Below, piece by piece: positions 38,142 to 47,379 of a stretch of 64,000 bases of DNA. The stretch spans positions 1 through 64,000 of IMG/VR virus record IMGVR_UViG_3300013005_000037; one strand, given 5' to 3'. Source of the DNA: a virus. Lineage: Duplodnaviria; Caudoviricetes. Below the pieces are notes generated by a model that saw only the letters and a list, made by a program, of their open reading frames with translations, made no database searches and was not told the DNA's origin. Each line of letters begins with the position of its first letter. Position 1 is the stretch's first letter. Position numbers and translations under genes: made by a program.

Positions 38142-38738
38142 ATGACTTCAAACTCAAATTTAGGAGCATACGGAATTATGTATGTAATTAAAACTAAAAA
38201 AAACGAAGTAATATCTTTATTGCTTAAAAATGGCGTTACTGTTCCTAGTAATGCAAATGATATGCAAATAGGTATAATAGTAACAAAATTACTAAAATCT
38301 TCAAAATCATTCTATAAAGAATTTTCAAAATTATTATTAAGTCAAGATGTAGTTGTTGGTATGTCATCTAATATGAGTGGTTCTTATGCAAATGCAAATG
38401 GAATGTTTGACTTTAGTAAATATCAAATTGACCCTTCTCCATTTTCTGATTCTACTACAACACCTAGCACAACTAGTAAGCCTACAACAACAAGTTCAAA
38501 TACTAATTGGCTTAATCAAGGTTTAAATATTTTACAAACTGGTTTTCAAGGGTATTTGCAGTTAGACGACAATAAAACCAAAAGAGCGTTGGCTGATGCG
38601 AGTGTAATAATTTCTGAAAATCCAACTATTGCACCTCCTCCTCCAACTGGTTTGAGTACTGGTGCTATTATCGGATTAAGTCTTTTAGGAATTGCGGTTG
38701 TTGGAGCGATAGCTTATGTAATAATTAAAAAACAATAA
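38142..38738 (+). CDS. C-anchored structural protein (paralog family A)
   Basis: Helical N-domain, YANANG motif, T/S linker, TM. Confidence 0.8.
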   Translation: MTSNSNLGAYGIMYVIKTKKNEVISLLLKNGVTVPSNANDMQIGIIVTKLLKSSKSFYKEFSKLLLSQDVVVGMSSNMSGSYANANGMFDFSKYQIDPSPFSDSTTTPSTTSKPTTTSSNTNWLNQGLNILQTGFQGYLQLDDNKTKRALADASVIISENPTIAPPPPTGLSTGAIIGLSLLGIAVVGAIAYVIIKKQ

Positions 38739-38739
38739 G

Positions 38740-39063
38740 ATGGAATCATATAATAATTTAACTGGTTCAGAATATACTCAAATTGGAACTTCTTTATTTG
38801 GCGGTGTATCTGGATGGCTTAACAGTAAAGAACAAGCAAAAGCATCAAAAGCACAAGCAGACGCATTAATTGCACAAGGATTATCGCAAGTAGAAGTTGC
38901 TAAAATTATGCAAGAAACTGAAAGGTTGAAGCTAGAAGCATTAAAATCTGGTGCTGGAGCTGGTACTAAAGCTGGAAGTACAGTATTGTATGTAGCGGTA
39001 GGCGTTGGCGCAGTAGTCATTTTAGGGGTTGTAATTTTTGCAGTAACTAGAAAAAAAGCATAA
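38740..39063 (+). CDS. Pilot-like C-anchored protein (paralog family B)
   Basis: MESYNNLTG, Gly-rich amphipathic helix, coiled coil, TM. Confidence 0.8.
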   Translation: MESYNNLTGSEYTQIGTSLFGGVSGWLNSKEQAKASKAQADALIAQGLSQVEVAKIMQETERLKLEALKSGAGAGTKAGSTVLYVAVGVGAVVILGVVIFAVTRKKA

Positions 39064-39067
39064 TCCA

Positions 39068-39295
39068 ATGGAAGAAGAAAAAACAAATTATTTACAAGAG
39101 GTAAAAGACATAGTTAGCAAAGACAAACGAGATGTTCTTATGCTTACTACAAAAGCATCTGTAAATGGTGCGGTAACTGGTCTTGTATTAGGTTTAATGG
39201 TTGGATACTACAAAGGCAAAAATGTTTATGTAAGTGGTCTAATTGGCGCAGTAATAGGCGGAGTTGCAACCGCAATGATTGTTAATAAAAAGTAA
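39068..39295 (+). CDS. Gly-zipper two-TM protein
   Basis: GAVTGLVLGLMVG...GLIGAVIGG. Confidence 0.8.
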   Translation: MEEEKTNYLQEVKDIVSKDKRDVLMLTTKASVNGAVTGLVLGLMVGYYKGKNVYVSGLIGAVIGGVATAMIVNKK

Positions 39296-39312
39296 TTTTA
39301 AAAAATAGAAAA

Positions 39313-39423
39313 ATGAAAACACCAAATTTAGTAGGGGCAGTTTTAGGACTTGCATTGTCATTCGCAGTAGTTTACGGTTATTCGTGGGTTATTGGAAAAG
39401 GATGGAAAAAATCACAAGAGTAA
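39313..39423 (+). CDS. Small membrane protein (36 aa), paralog of 39458
   Basis: Manually translated MKTPNLVGAVLGLALSFAVVYGYSWVIGKGWKKSQE. Confidence 0.8.
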   Translation: MKTPNLVGAVLGLALSFAVVYGYSWVIGKGWKKSQE

Positions 39424-39457
39424 AAAATAATTAGTAAATTTATAAAAAAATTAAAAG

Positions 39458-39613
39458 ATGGAATTAGCAGAAAAAGCAACAGAAGTAAAAAAAGATTTAA
39501 AATCAACGTTAACTACTCAATATTTAGTAGGCGTAGGAGTTGGATTAGCAGTATTGTTCGCAACCGTTTGGGTTGTAGGTAAAGCTTGGAAAAAAAGTCA
39601 AAAAATGGCTTAA
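39458..39613 (+). CDS. Small membrane protein (51 aa), paralog of 39313
   Basis: Manually translated ...YLVGVGVGLAVLFATVWVVGKAWKKSQKMA. Confidence 0.8.
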   Translation: MELAEKATEVKKDLKSTLTTQYLVGVGVGLAVLFATVWVVGKAWKKSQKMA

Positions 39614-39645
39614 TTAAATTATTCAGATAACTTTATTAAAAGAAT

Positions 39646-39786
39646 ATGAGCAAAAAAGAAATTATTGGAGTTATCTTAATAGCTGGTGGAGTAACCGCAC
39701 TGTCTTATTTGTACAGTGCGTATTACAAAGCTTACGCAGAAATTAGGAAAGAAAAAGCACAAGAAACCAAAACAACAACAAAATAA
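39646..39786 (+). CDS. Small N-anchored membrane protein (46 aa)
   Basis: Manually translated MSKKEIIGVILIAGGVTALSYLY... Confidence 0.7.
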   Translation: MSKKEIIGVILIAGGVTALSYLYSAYYKAYAEIRKEKAQETKTTTK

Positions 39787-39789
39787 AAT

Positions 39790-40152
39790 ATGGATAATTT
39801 TAAAAAAAGTGCAAATCAGCTTTGGAAGGAAAGTAATACTACTTTGACTTTTAAAACTTGGCTTGAAAGAGAAAAGGAAAAAGGTCAATTTATACCCAAT
39901 AAAAAGTTTATTGGTGTAAATGGTGTAGATACTAGTGAATTAGATAAGGTTCTTGAAGAAGCTAACGCAAAAGCAATTGATACTCTTGGTTTAGATTCAG
40001 ATAAATTTGAAAAGAAAATAGGGATAAAAAATAACATAGGTATATATCGAAATGAAAATAAATTTATTGGTCTTAACAAATGGTTATTGATTGGTAGTTT
40101 AGTTTTAATTAGCGGTGCGGTAGTTTATAAAATTTATTACAAAAAAAAATAA
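39790..40152 (+). CDS. C-anchored membrane protein
   Basis: ANQLWKES...FKTWLERE N-domain, FIGVNG, TM. Confidence 0.8.
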   Translation: MDNFKKSANQLWKESNTTLTFKTWLEREKEKGQFIPNKKFIGVNGVDTSELDKVLEEANAKAIDTLGLDSDKFEKKIGIKNNIGIYRNENKFIGLNKWLLIGSLVLISGAVVYKIYYKKK

Positions 40153-40153
40153 T

Positions 40154-40939
40154 ATGAATTTTAGAATACAGACTAGATACGATGAAATGTGTTTGTGCGT
40201 AAAAATATCGTGTTCAACCCCAACGGTTGTAAGGATTAAAATTTACGATGAAGAAAAGCCTAAAATTGTATTTACCGATAGGTATAAAACAGTTTCAAGT
40301 GCAGAAACATTTTACATTAGATTACCTATAACATCAAAATCGGTTATTCTTTCCGTATATGACGATAAAAAAGGTAATACACCAAAAGAGCAAGAGAAAA
40401 ACATAAGCGTAGTGTCTATTGATAAAACGCCTTTAGAAAAAAGAATGGATGTCGTAGATATTCAAAACAAAAGCGTAAAGCATTTTGTAGATTTTGCACA
40501 AAGATTTTGTTTTAATGCGCCATATTTGGAAACTGGAAAAACATATCAGTCAGACAACGGAGAGTTTATGATTGAGTATTTGCCACAAATAATAAATCAA
40601 GATGGTAGAGTTTTGACGACACCAGCAAGGATTTCAAGAGTTACTGGCAGAATACAAGTTTCTAAAAAACAATTTGACGATTATACAGTTCCTATGCGTT
40701 TTGCTATTCTTTGCCACGAGTTTAGTCATTTTTACGTTAATGATAATATGGATGATGAATCAGAAGCCGACATCAATGGTTTGTTGATTTATTTAGGATT
40801 AGGATACCCACGAATTGAAGGATACCAAGCGTTTCTGGAAGTATTTAAAGATGCTCCTAACCAAAACAATAAAAAGCGTTTTGATAGAATTGATAATTTT
40901 ATTAAAAACTTTGAGAAAAATAAAATGGTAATAAGATAA
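40154..40939 (+). CDS. Zincin metalloprotease (M48-like), candidate maturation protease
   Basis: AILCHEFSHF...DDESEADINGL (HExxH plus downstream ExxAD); soluble gene among membrane structural genes. Confidence 0.75.
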   Translation: MNFRIQTRYDEMCLCVKISCSTPTVVRIKIYDEEKPKIVFTDRYKTVSSAETFYIRLPITSKSVILSVYDDKKGNTPKEQEKNISVVSIDKTPLEKRMDVVDIQNKSVKHFVDFAQRFCFNAPYLETGKTYQSDNGEFMIEYLPQIINQDGRVLTTPARISRVTGRIQVSKKQFDDYTVPMRFAILCHEFSHFYVNDNMDDESEADINGLLIYLGLGYPRIEGYQAFLEVFKDAPNQNNKKRFDRIDNFIKNFEKNKMVIR

Positions 40940-40941
40940 TT

Positions 40942-41865
40942 ATGAAAAATATGAATCTCTTAATAGGTGCTGGAGTTGTAATTGCTTTTATATGGGCAAT
41001 CAATAAATGGATAAAGAGTAATTTCATACCCAAACTATATTTTGGTTTTTTAGAATATGGACAATCTCTAAATAACTATATATCTGAAAATAAATTGGAG
41101 AAAATAGTTATGATAAATGATGCTCAATTTTTAGGAAAAGACCATTATACTTATGACCCACAATTACTTATAAAAGAAATAGAGCGAGTATTACCAAACG
41201 CAAATGATAAAGGAATTTGTTTTATTGATTTAGAAGGAGAAAATCTGGAAAACATTATGAATCTGGATATACAAAGTGAATCCTTTAAAAAAAGCTTAAC
41301 ACTATTTTTAGATGTAATTAAATTTTGCAAAAAATTTAGACCGAATGTTAAGTGGGGTTATTATGCTATTCCTTACACTACGTATTGGAATCGTAATGCT
41401 GAATTTTATAATAAAATTCAAAAAATAAAACCACTTCTTTACGAGTGTGATATATTTTTTCCATCATTATATACTTTCTATGAAGATAAAGAATTGGCTT
41501 TAGAAAACGAGAAATATGTAATTGAGAATACAATAGAGATGATTAAATTAGGTCAACTTTATAATAAACCAGTTCTGGTGTTTGTCTGGCATAGATACCA
41601 TTCTAGTAACGAAAAACTTTCAGAAGAATCTTTACCAGAAAATGTTTTTTTAACCCAGATAGATAGAATAGTTAATACTACTTATAAGGGTAAAAAAGTA
41701 GATGGACTTATTTGGTGGGGAGCAGATGATTATGCTTTTAGACAAAAAACAAAAGGAGTTTTAAAAGAATTTGATGGCAATGACAAAGATTTTAAAATTT
41801 TTAATGATAAAGTTTTAGTGGATAAATCTATAAAAATAAAAACTCTTTTGGAGAGTAAAAAATAA
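40942..41865 (+). CDS. N-anchored GH56 (hyaluronidase-like) glycoside hydrolase
   Basis: CFIDLEG (DxE), RPNVKWGYYAIP, DIFFPSLY; N-terminal TM. Confidence 0.65.
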   Translation: MKNMNLLIGAGVVIAFIWAINKWIKSNFIPKLYFGFLEYGQSLNNYISENKLEKIVMINDAQFLGKDHYTYDPQLLIKEIERVLPNANDKGICFIDLEGENLENIMNLDIQSESFKKSLTLFLDVIKFCKKFRPNVKWGYYAIPYTTYWNRNAEFYNKIQKIKPLLYECDIFFPSLYTFYEDKELALENEKYVIENTIEMIKLGQLYNKPVLVFVWHRYHSSNEKLSEESLPENVFLTQIDRIVNTTYKGKKVDGLIWWGADDYAFRQKTKGVLKEFDGNDKDFKIFNDKVLVDKSIKIKTLLESKK

Positions 41866-41872
41866 TTAACTT

Positions 41873-42208
41873 ATGAAAGACAAGACAAATAAATATTTAC
41901 TTATAGGATTAGGAATAATTGTAGTTGTATGGGGAATTGACAAATACTTAAAAAGTAAGCCAAAACCAATTAATGCAGATGCTTATTCAGATTTAGATTT
42001 GAACACTATTTTATCTAAAGGTTCTAAAGGAGCAGAAGTTTCAGAATTACAAAGAATACTTATTGACCAATATGAAGTTGATTTAGGATATTCTGGAGCA
42101 GAAAGAAATGGAATTGATGGAGATTTTGGTTCAATTACCGAAAACGCTTTATTAAAAGCAAAAGGAGTGAAATCAATATCATTAAAACAAATTTTAACAA
42201 ATAAATAA
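41873..42208 (+). CDS. N-anchored peptidoglycan-binding (PG_binding_1) protein
   Basis: LSKGSKGAEVSELQRIL...IDGDFGSITENAL. Confidence 0.85.
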   Translation: MKDKTNKYLLIGLGIIVVVWGIDKYLKSKPKPINADAYSDLDLNTILSKGSKGAEVSELQRILIDQYEVDLGYSGAERNGIDGDFGSITENALLKAKGVKSISLKQILTNK

Positions 42209-42209
42209 A

Positions 42210-42530
42210 ATGAACAATAAACGAAAAGCGTTAATAGTTTCAGCTATATTAGTAGGATTAGGTGGTTTTTATATTTACAAAAATATGAAGATGAAATCGC
42301 CAGAAGTGGATAATATTGTGCCAGAAGGAACATTAGAAACAACAAAAGTTTTATCAAAAGGTTCAACTGGTTTAGAAGTAGAATCATTACAAAGAGCTTT
42401 AAAAGGCGGTCTTGTAGTTGATGGTAATTTCGGTGCTTTAACTGAAAAAAGATTAAAAGAAATTACTGGACAAACAAGTATTTCTTTGCGAGATTATAAT
42501 TTACTAATGGCAAGTAGAAAAAATAAATAA
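42210..42530 (+). CDS. N-anchored peptidoglycan-binding (PG_binding_1) protein
   Basis: LSKGSTGLEVESLQRAL...VDGNFGALTEKRL. Confidence 0.85.
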   Translation: MNNKRKALIVSAILVGLGGFYIYKNMKMKSPEVDNIVPEGTLETTKVLSKGSTGLEVESLQRALKGGLVVDGNFGALTEKRLKEITGQTSISLRDYNLLMASRKNK

Positions 42531-42573
42531 TCATTATAACATTTTAAGTCAATATTAACTGAAAAAAATTTAA

Positions 42574-42762
42574 TTGATGGAAAATAAAAATAAAATAGAT
42601 GTTTATAAAATACGCATCGAAAAAGTAATGAACAGACGCTATATGAGATTTTTATTTACCGACCCTACTTTAGAGGAATGTAATGCTATTTTAAAAAAAT
42701 TTAAAGCAGATGTACAAAAAACAATAAGGGAAAACCCTATTTATAATGGATTAATAAATTAA
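42574..42762 (+). CDS. Hypothetical protein
   Basis: 62 aa ORF. Confidence 0.5.
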   Translation: MMENKNKIDVYKIRIEKVMNRRYMRFLFTDPTLEECNAILKKFKADVQKTIRENPIYNGLIN

Positions 42763-42769
42763 AATAATT

Positions 42770-43009
42770 ATGAAAAAGCATACCACATATTATATTATTG
42801 GAGCAGTTTTAATTGGAACTGGAATTTATTTATATTCTTCAAAAAATAAAAATAAATCAGTTGTTAATCTAACTCCACCAATGGTAGTTACAGAAGAAGA
42901 AGGTGGATTTGTTACTACAACTACAACTGAAACGACAATTTTTACTGCGTTAGATAAATTAAAGGCTTTAATTGATTCAATAAAGGCAAAAAGAACATCA
43001 ACAATATAA
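42770..43009 (+). CDS. N-anchored membrane protein
   Basis: TM, Thr-rich linker. Confidence 0.75.
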   Translation: MKKHTTYYIIGAVLIGTGIYLYSSKNKNKSVVNLTPPMVVTEEEGGFVTTTTTETTIFTALDKLKALIDSIKAKRTSTI

Positions 43010-43019
43010 ATAAATAGTT

Positions 43020-43397
43020 ATGGGAAAGAGTGTATTATACATAGTTGGAGCAGTTGTACTACTTGGAGGTGGGGCATTTTTGTTTTTAAGAAATAAGAAA
43101 TTTAAAGATGAATTGTTGTTAGCCGATTTAAGCCAAAAAAAGGCTTTAGAAGTTCAAAAAGTAGCACAAGAACAAGCAATACCCGAAGCTAAAAAAGAAT
43201 TATTAAGTGCTGATGATTTGTTGGTAATTACTAAATTAGCGGAAGAAATAATTAGTTTAACTAAATTAAGAAATGGTTATAGAAAATCTAGTAGCAAGGC
43301 AAATGTTCAAGTTGTAATAGACGAAAAAATAGCATTGTTGAGAAATTATGGTTTTGTTTTAGGAATGAATAACGAATTAGTAAGTTTAAAAAAATAA
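43020..43397 (+). CDS. N-anchored membrane protein
   Basis: TM followed by a helical domain. Confidence 0.75.
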   Translation: MGKSVLYIVGAVVLLGGGAFLFLRNKKFKDELLLADLSQKKALEVQKVAQEQAIPEAKKELLSADDLLVITKLAEEIISLTKLRNGYRKSSSKANVQVVIDEKIALLRNYGFVLGMNNELVSLKK

Positions 43398-43398
43398 T

Positions 43399-43827
43399 AT
43401 GTCAGTAACAACTTGGAATACCGCACCAGATTATGACCAATGGGGTAGTGATACTTCTTGGAATTGTAACGATTGGATTTTATGGCATCAACAATTAGTC
43501 GCTAAATTTGGCAAAGCAAAAGCTAATTTTATGTGGGATTATGCTTTTGCTCAAAGTGGAAATTTAAGCAGTAATTTGAATTGTAGAACCCTTAATTCCA
43601 GCTTTAGAGATTACGTTAGAAAAAATGGATTGAATCCATACGCTAACGCTGGTATTTTTGCTCCAGTATTACAAGGAGTGGGAACTATACAAGATGTTAC
43701 TGGAGGAGTGCTTTCTGGTGTTTCGTCTGTTTTTACAAGCTCTAATGTTAAAAGCATATTGAATATCGTTGCAGTTGGAGCAGTTCTTTTTGGTGGATTG
43801 TACGCATATAGAACTTTAAAAAAATAA
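43399..43827 (+). CDS. Trp-rich C-anchored membrane protein
   Basis: WNCNDWILWH; C-terminal TM. Confidence 0.8.
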   Translation: MSVTTWNTAPDYDQWGSDTSWNCNDWILWHQQLVAKFGKAKANFMWDYAFAQSGNLSSNLNCRTLNSSFRDYVRKNGLNPYANAGIFAPVLQGVGTIQDVTGGVLSGVSSVFTSSNVKSILNIVAVGAVLFGGLYAYRTLKK

Positions 43828-43829
43828 TT

Positions 43830-43991
43830 ATGAAAAATAAGAAAACATTAATTATAGCTGGAACTTCAATTTTAGTATTAGGAGTTTTATACTTTGCGTA
43901 TAAAAAAAATAAGTTTAATAAAGACAGTGATATTACAAATGATTTTGACTTTCAAAATTTATTAAAAAAAGTAGATGAAGCTAAAAAATAA
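43830..43991 (+). CDS. Small N-anchored membrane protein (53 aa)
   Basis: Manually translated MKNKKTLIIAGTSILVLGVLYFAYKKNK... Confidence 0.7.
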   Translation: MKNKKTLIIAGTSILVLGVLYFAYKKNKFNKDSDITNDFDFQNLLKKVDEAKK

Positions 43992-43996
43992 ATAAT

Positions 43997-44539
43997 ATGA
44001 ACAACGATAAAAAATTGTATTTATACTCTGCATTAGCAATTACCATTTCGGTAGTTGCTTATGTTTTTATTACCAAAAAGGGAAAAGCAAGTGCTAAAGT
44101 AGGAGAAGTTGTTTTGCCAGATGTAGAAACTAAAACTGGAGATGTAATAAGTAACGAGCAACTAGTGATTGAAAAATCGCTTCAAGACATATTAAAATTA
44201 CCGTTATCGCAAGTTAAATCGCAAATGTTAGGACTTAATATATATACAAAAGTAGAAAATGTTAACCCAAGACAATCCCCTTATGTAAATAATGGATGGT
44301 TTGTAAATAATAGTGTTGGAGGTAAAATTACTCAAAAAGGCACTTTAATCGGCAAGGTAACAGATGTAGTAAATGATATTGGTTTGTTGCGTAATAACAA
44401 TGGTGCTATATACAAATGGTTTAAAGTACAACCATCGCCAGATGCAGTTAAGCAAATAAAAGAGGATTCAAACATTTTATTAGGTGTAACAAAAACAGAT
44501 TCTTTTTATGTTAGAGAAGATGTTATAAAATTAAAATAA
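43997..44539 (+). CDS. N-anchored protein with SH3b-like domain
   Basis: NVNPRQSP...IGKV...YKWFKV...FYVREDVI. Confidence 0.65.
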   Translation: MNNDKKLYLYSALAITISVVAYVFITKKGKASAKVGEVVLPDVETKTGDVISNEQLVIEKSLQDILKLPLSQVKSQMLGLNIYTKVENVNPRQSPYVNNGWFVNNSVGGKITQKGTLIGKVTDVVNDIGLLRNNNGAIYKWFKVQPSPDAVKQIKEDSNILLGVTKTDSFYVREDVIKLK

Positions 44540-44540
44540 A

Positions 44541-44951
44541 ATGGAAACAAAAAATAAAATAGGTGCTTTGCTTGTGTTGGGTGGAATTGCTTTACTTGGG
44601 GTTTATTACTTTAAAAAAAATAAGCCAAATGTTGCTGAAAGTCAAGCAAAAGGATTACAAGCATTATCGAATTATTATTCAACTGGAGTTGGAGCGAATG
44701 AAGAAACTTACATCAAAGGAAGTGGATATGTAGCACCAAAAGTGGAAGGTATTAGTTTTGCTAATCTTGATTATAAGAACTTAACGACTAAACAAGAGGA
44801 GGATATAAAAAAAGCAGTAGGAACGATAAGTGACCCTACGCAAAATATTTTAGACCAAATTGGCAAAAATTTAGAAAATAAAGATTTTGGAAATTTATTT
44901 CCAGTAGTAGATTGGAGTACAATTAAACTTGATAACATAAAATTACCGTAA
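44541..44951 (+). CDS. N-anchored membrane protein
   Basis: TM followed by FKKNK. Confidence 0.75.
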   Translation: METKNKIGALLVLGGIALLGVYYFKKNKPNVAESQAKGLQALSNYYSTGVGANEETYIKGSGYVAPKVEGISFANLDYKNLTTKQEEDIKKAVGTISDPTQNILDQIGKNLENKDFGNLFPVVDWSTIKLDNIKLP

Positions 44952-44952
44952 T

Positions 44953-45384
44953 ATGTTCGATTTAGATTTTCAAACTCAAAGAAACGCAGTTATTGATAGA
45001 GTTCAAAATGAATATGCGTGGAACGGTGGCTCTTGTGTTCAGTTAGATAAACTGATAAAAGATGTTAGGGATAAGGCAGTTTCGGAAAGGATAAAACCTA
45101 CACCATATAATTATGGTGTATCAAAAGGTCTTGTTATGTATCCAAGTTATTATATTCAAGCGTTAGTTGACCACAGAGCAGTTTTAGAAGTAATGTTTGC
45201 TTCAAATGATTGTTCAGATAAAATAGAAAAGTTAAGGCAAAACGAAAGTGCGGTATTAATTACCCAACAAGCTATTGAGCAAGAAAAAGCAGTTTTAAAA
45301 CCAGCCAATACAGACCAAAGAATTTATATCGGAGCTGGAGCGTTAATTTTATTAGTTGGATTAGTAATATTGGTAAAAAAATAA
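44953..45384 (+). CDS. C-anchored protein, paralog of 45387
   Basis: FASNDCSDKIEKLRQNE...QRIY followed by TM. Confidence 0.8.
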   Translation: MFDLDFQTQRNAVIDRVQNEYAWNGGSCVQLDKLIKDVRDKAVSERIKPTPYNYGVSKGLVMYPSYYIQALVDHRAVLEVMFASNDCSDKIEKLRQNESAVLITQQAIEQEKAVLKPANTDQRIYIGAGALILLVGLVILVKK

Positions 45385-45386
45385 TT

Positions 45387-45833
45387 ATGACAACTAAAAA
45401 AGAATGTTCAGATTATTGGGCAAATTGGGTAGGTGGTAAAAGTAAATTAGGAATAGATGAAGCAAAAGCCGACTATGCTAAAAAATGCGGAATGTATGAT
45501 GAAAAAGAATTAAATTGTATAAGAATAAATAGTCAATTGCAATCTGCAATACAATTAGAAGGAACAAAATCTTTATCTCCGTATGAAAGTGTAAACTTTT
45601 CGCCACCAATAACAAATATTTATAGAAAACAATTTGCGGACAATAATTGCACTCAATTAATAGAGCAGTACAGACAAGCTGAATTGGGTAGTGTAGTTGA
45701 TAAATTTACTAATTTAGATAAAGTTAGAATAGAATCTGAAAGTATATACGAGAGAAATCAAAGAATATTTTTTGGTGGACTAGTTTTAGTAGCTGGAATT
45801 GTAATATTAACAATGTTTAGTAAAAAGAAATAA
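45387..45833 (+). CDS. C-anchored protein, paralog of 44953
   Basis: FADNNCTQLIEQYRQAE...QRIF followed by TM. Confidence 0.8.
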   Translation: MTTKKECSDYWANWVGGKSKLGIDEAKADYAKKCGMYDEKELNCIRINSQLQSAIQLEGTKSLSPYESVNFSPPITNIYRKQFADNNCTQLIEQYRQAELGSVVDKFTNLDKVRIESESIYERNQRIFFGGLVLVAGIVILTMFSKKK

Positions 45834-45834
45834 T

Positions 45835-46044
45835 ATGGCAGTAAGTAACACTTCTGGAAAAACATACGATGTTGCAGAATTTGGAAGATTAGATATTTTC
45901 TTTAAGGAGCAAGAAGAAGAATTTAAAAAAATTGATTTAGAAAAATCAATTCAAAATAAAAAAATATTACAATATGTCTTGGTGTTAACTGGGGTGGTTG
46001 TAAGTCTTTATGCTTTTAGCAGACTAGTAAACAAACAAAAATAA
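45835..46044 (+). CDS. Small C-anchored membrane protein
   Basis: C-terminal TM. Confidence 0.7.
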   Translation: MAVSNTSGKTYDVAEFGRLDIFFKEQEEEFKKIDLEKSIQNKKILQYVLVLTGVVVSLYAFSRLVNKQK

Positions 46045-46045
46045 T

Positions 46046-46606
46046 ATGAAAAAAGGTTTATTATTTGGCGGTATAGCTTTAGCTGGTTTTGGATTTTATA
46101 GATACTTCAAATATCAAGTTGATATGGCTTTGAATTATGATTATAAAATAAAAAACTTTAAAATATTAGGCTATAATAATGATAAAATTACTGTTTCAAT
46201 AGAAATTGAAATTAAAAATAATTCTAGCTTTGAAATATTAATCAATGAGTACGATTTAAAAATATTTTTCAAAGGGAAAAATTTTGCAAGTGCGGTAACA
46301 AAAACTCCATTTCTAGTTTTGCCTAATAGTTCATTTATTTTAAAAACTACTGGGGATATTAACGTTAAAGAAACCAAAGTTTCGGTTTTGCCTTTTGTGC
46401 AAGATGTTTTAGCAAAAAAACCAATAGATATAGAAGTAATTGGATTTATTAAAGTTAAATTTTTAGGAATCAATTATACTTTAAAATTTGACAATGAAAA
46501 ATTTCAATATTCAGCAGATTTATTAACGGAACTTGGATTAAGCAAACAAGTCAGTCAGTTTAAATTAAAAAACCCAACATTAGCAAAATTTTTTGGAATA
46601 AAATAG
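46046..46606 (+). CDS. LEA_2 (WHy) domain protein with N-terminal TM
   Basis: ITVSIEIEIKNNSSFEILINEYDLKIFFKGKNFA...VLPNSS. Confidence 0.75.
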   Translation: MKKGLLFGGIALAGFGFYRYFKYQVDMALNYDYKIKNFKILGYNNDKITVSIEIEIKNNSSFEILINEYDLKIFFKGKNFASAVTKTPFLVLPNSSFILKTTGDINVKETKVSVLPFVQDVLAKKPIDIEVIGFIKVKFLGINYTLKFDNEKFQYSADLLTELGLSKQVSQFKLKNPTLAKFFGIK

Positions 46607-46620
46607 TTAATTTTACCCTT

Positions 46621-46645
46621 GAAACTTTAAAATAACAACAAAATG
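46621..46645 (+). repeat. 25-nt exact direct repeat, copy 1 (leader plus ATG)
   Basis: GAAACTTTAAAATAACAACAAAATG, identical at 56711-56735. Confidence 0.95.
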
Positions 46646-47044
46646 GTAGAAGGAATAGTTAAAAAAATTATGAATACTGGGATTAATAAGTATGCAAAAG
46701 CGTATGAAGTTCCATCAAATGAAGTTCAAATAAAAGTTACTAACGACCCAAATGGTACGGTTTTATACACAATGTGTAAAAACTTTAAGGAAGTTGAAAG
46801 TGTTTCTTTTTTGCAAATAATGGATAAAAAAATGGATATTTTTCAATACGAAGCTTTAGCAAATCCGTTTTTACAAAAATCATTACAATTGTTTGCAAAA
46901 GAAACTAATGACGACATAGAAAATGTTTGCGTATTTATTTTGCAAGTTAATATTAGCAACAATATTGGGTTGTCATTTTACAACAAATATAAAAATGGTA
47001 AAAACATTTCTTTAGGAAAACACTTGGGGGAATTAGGATTATAA
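46643..47044 (+). CDS. Hypothetical protein
   Basis: 133 aa ORF. Confidence 0.7.
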   Translation: MVEGIVKKIMNTGINKYAKAYEVPSNEVQIKVTNDPNGTVLYTMCKNFKEVESVSFLQIMDKKMDIFQYEALANPFLQKSLQLFAKETNDDIENVCVFILQVNISNNIGLSFYNKYKNGKNISLGKHLGELGL

Positions 47045-47056
47045 AATAAAAAAAAT

Positions 47057-47362
47057 ATGGCTTTAGCAAGAAAACCAGTAGTTAAAAAAAGTACAATAGA
47101 AGTTAGTGCATCAGATATAGAATGGATAAAACAAACTCTTTCTTCTGTAAGTTCAAAAATTCAAGATTTAGATATGAGTTTTACAAAACTAAATCAAACT
47201 GTAATTGGAGATAAAACGTATGGTCAAACTGGTTTAATTGAAAAAGTCGATGAACATACTGCATATATTGAAAAAGATAAAGAATTTAAGTCAAGACTAG
47301 TAGGCGGTGGATTAGTGCTTTCCTTTTTATGGGGATTGGTGCTAAAGTTTTGGAAAATCTAA
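47057..47362 (+). CDS. Coiled-coil protein with C-terminal TM (holin-like)
   Basis: Coiled coil, then GGGLVLSFLWGLVLKFW. Confidence 0.6.
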   Translation: MALARKPVVKKSTIEVSASDIEWIKQTLSSVSSKIQDLDMSFTKLNQTVIGDKTYGQTGLIEKVDEHTAYIEKDKEFKSRLVGGGLVLSFLWGLVLKFWKI

Positions 47363-47379
47363 AAATAAAATAATATAAA

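Noticed and set aside
1976-46473. Numerous minus-strand ORFs of 60-136 aa overlapping + strand genes
   Set aside because: Fully nested opposite well-supported genes; Ser/Phe/Leu-rich antisense composition
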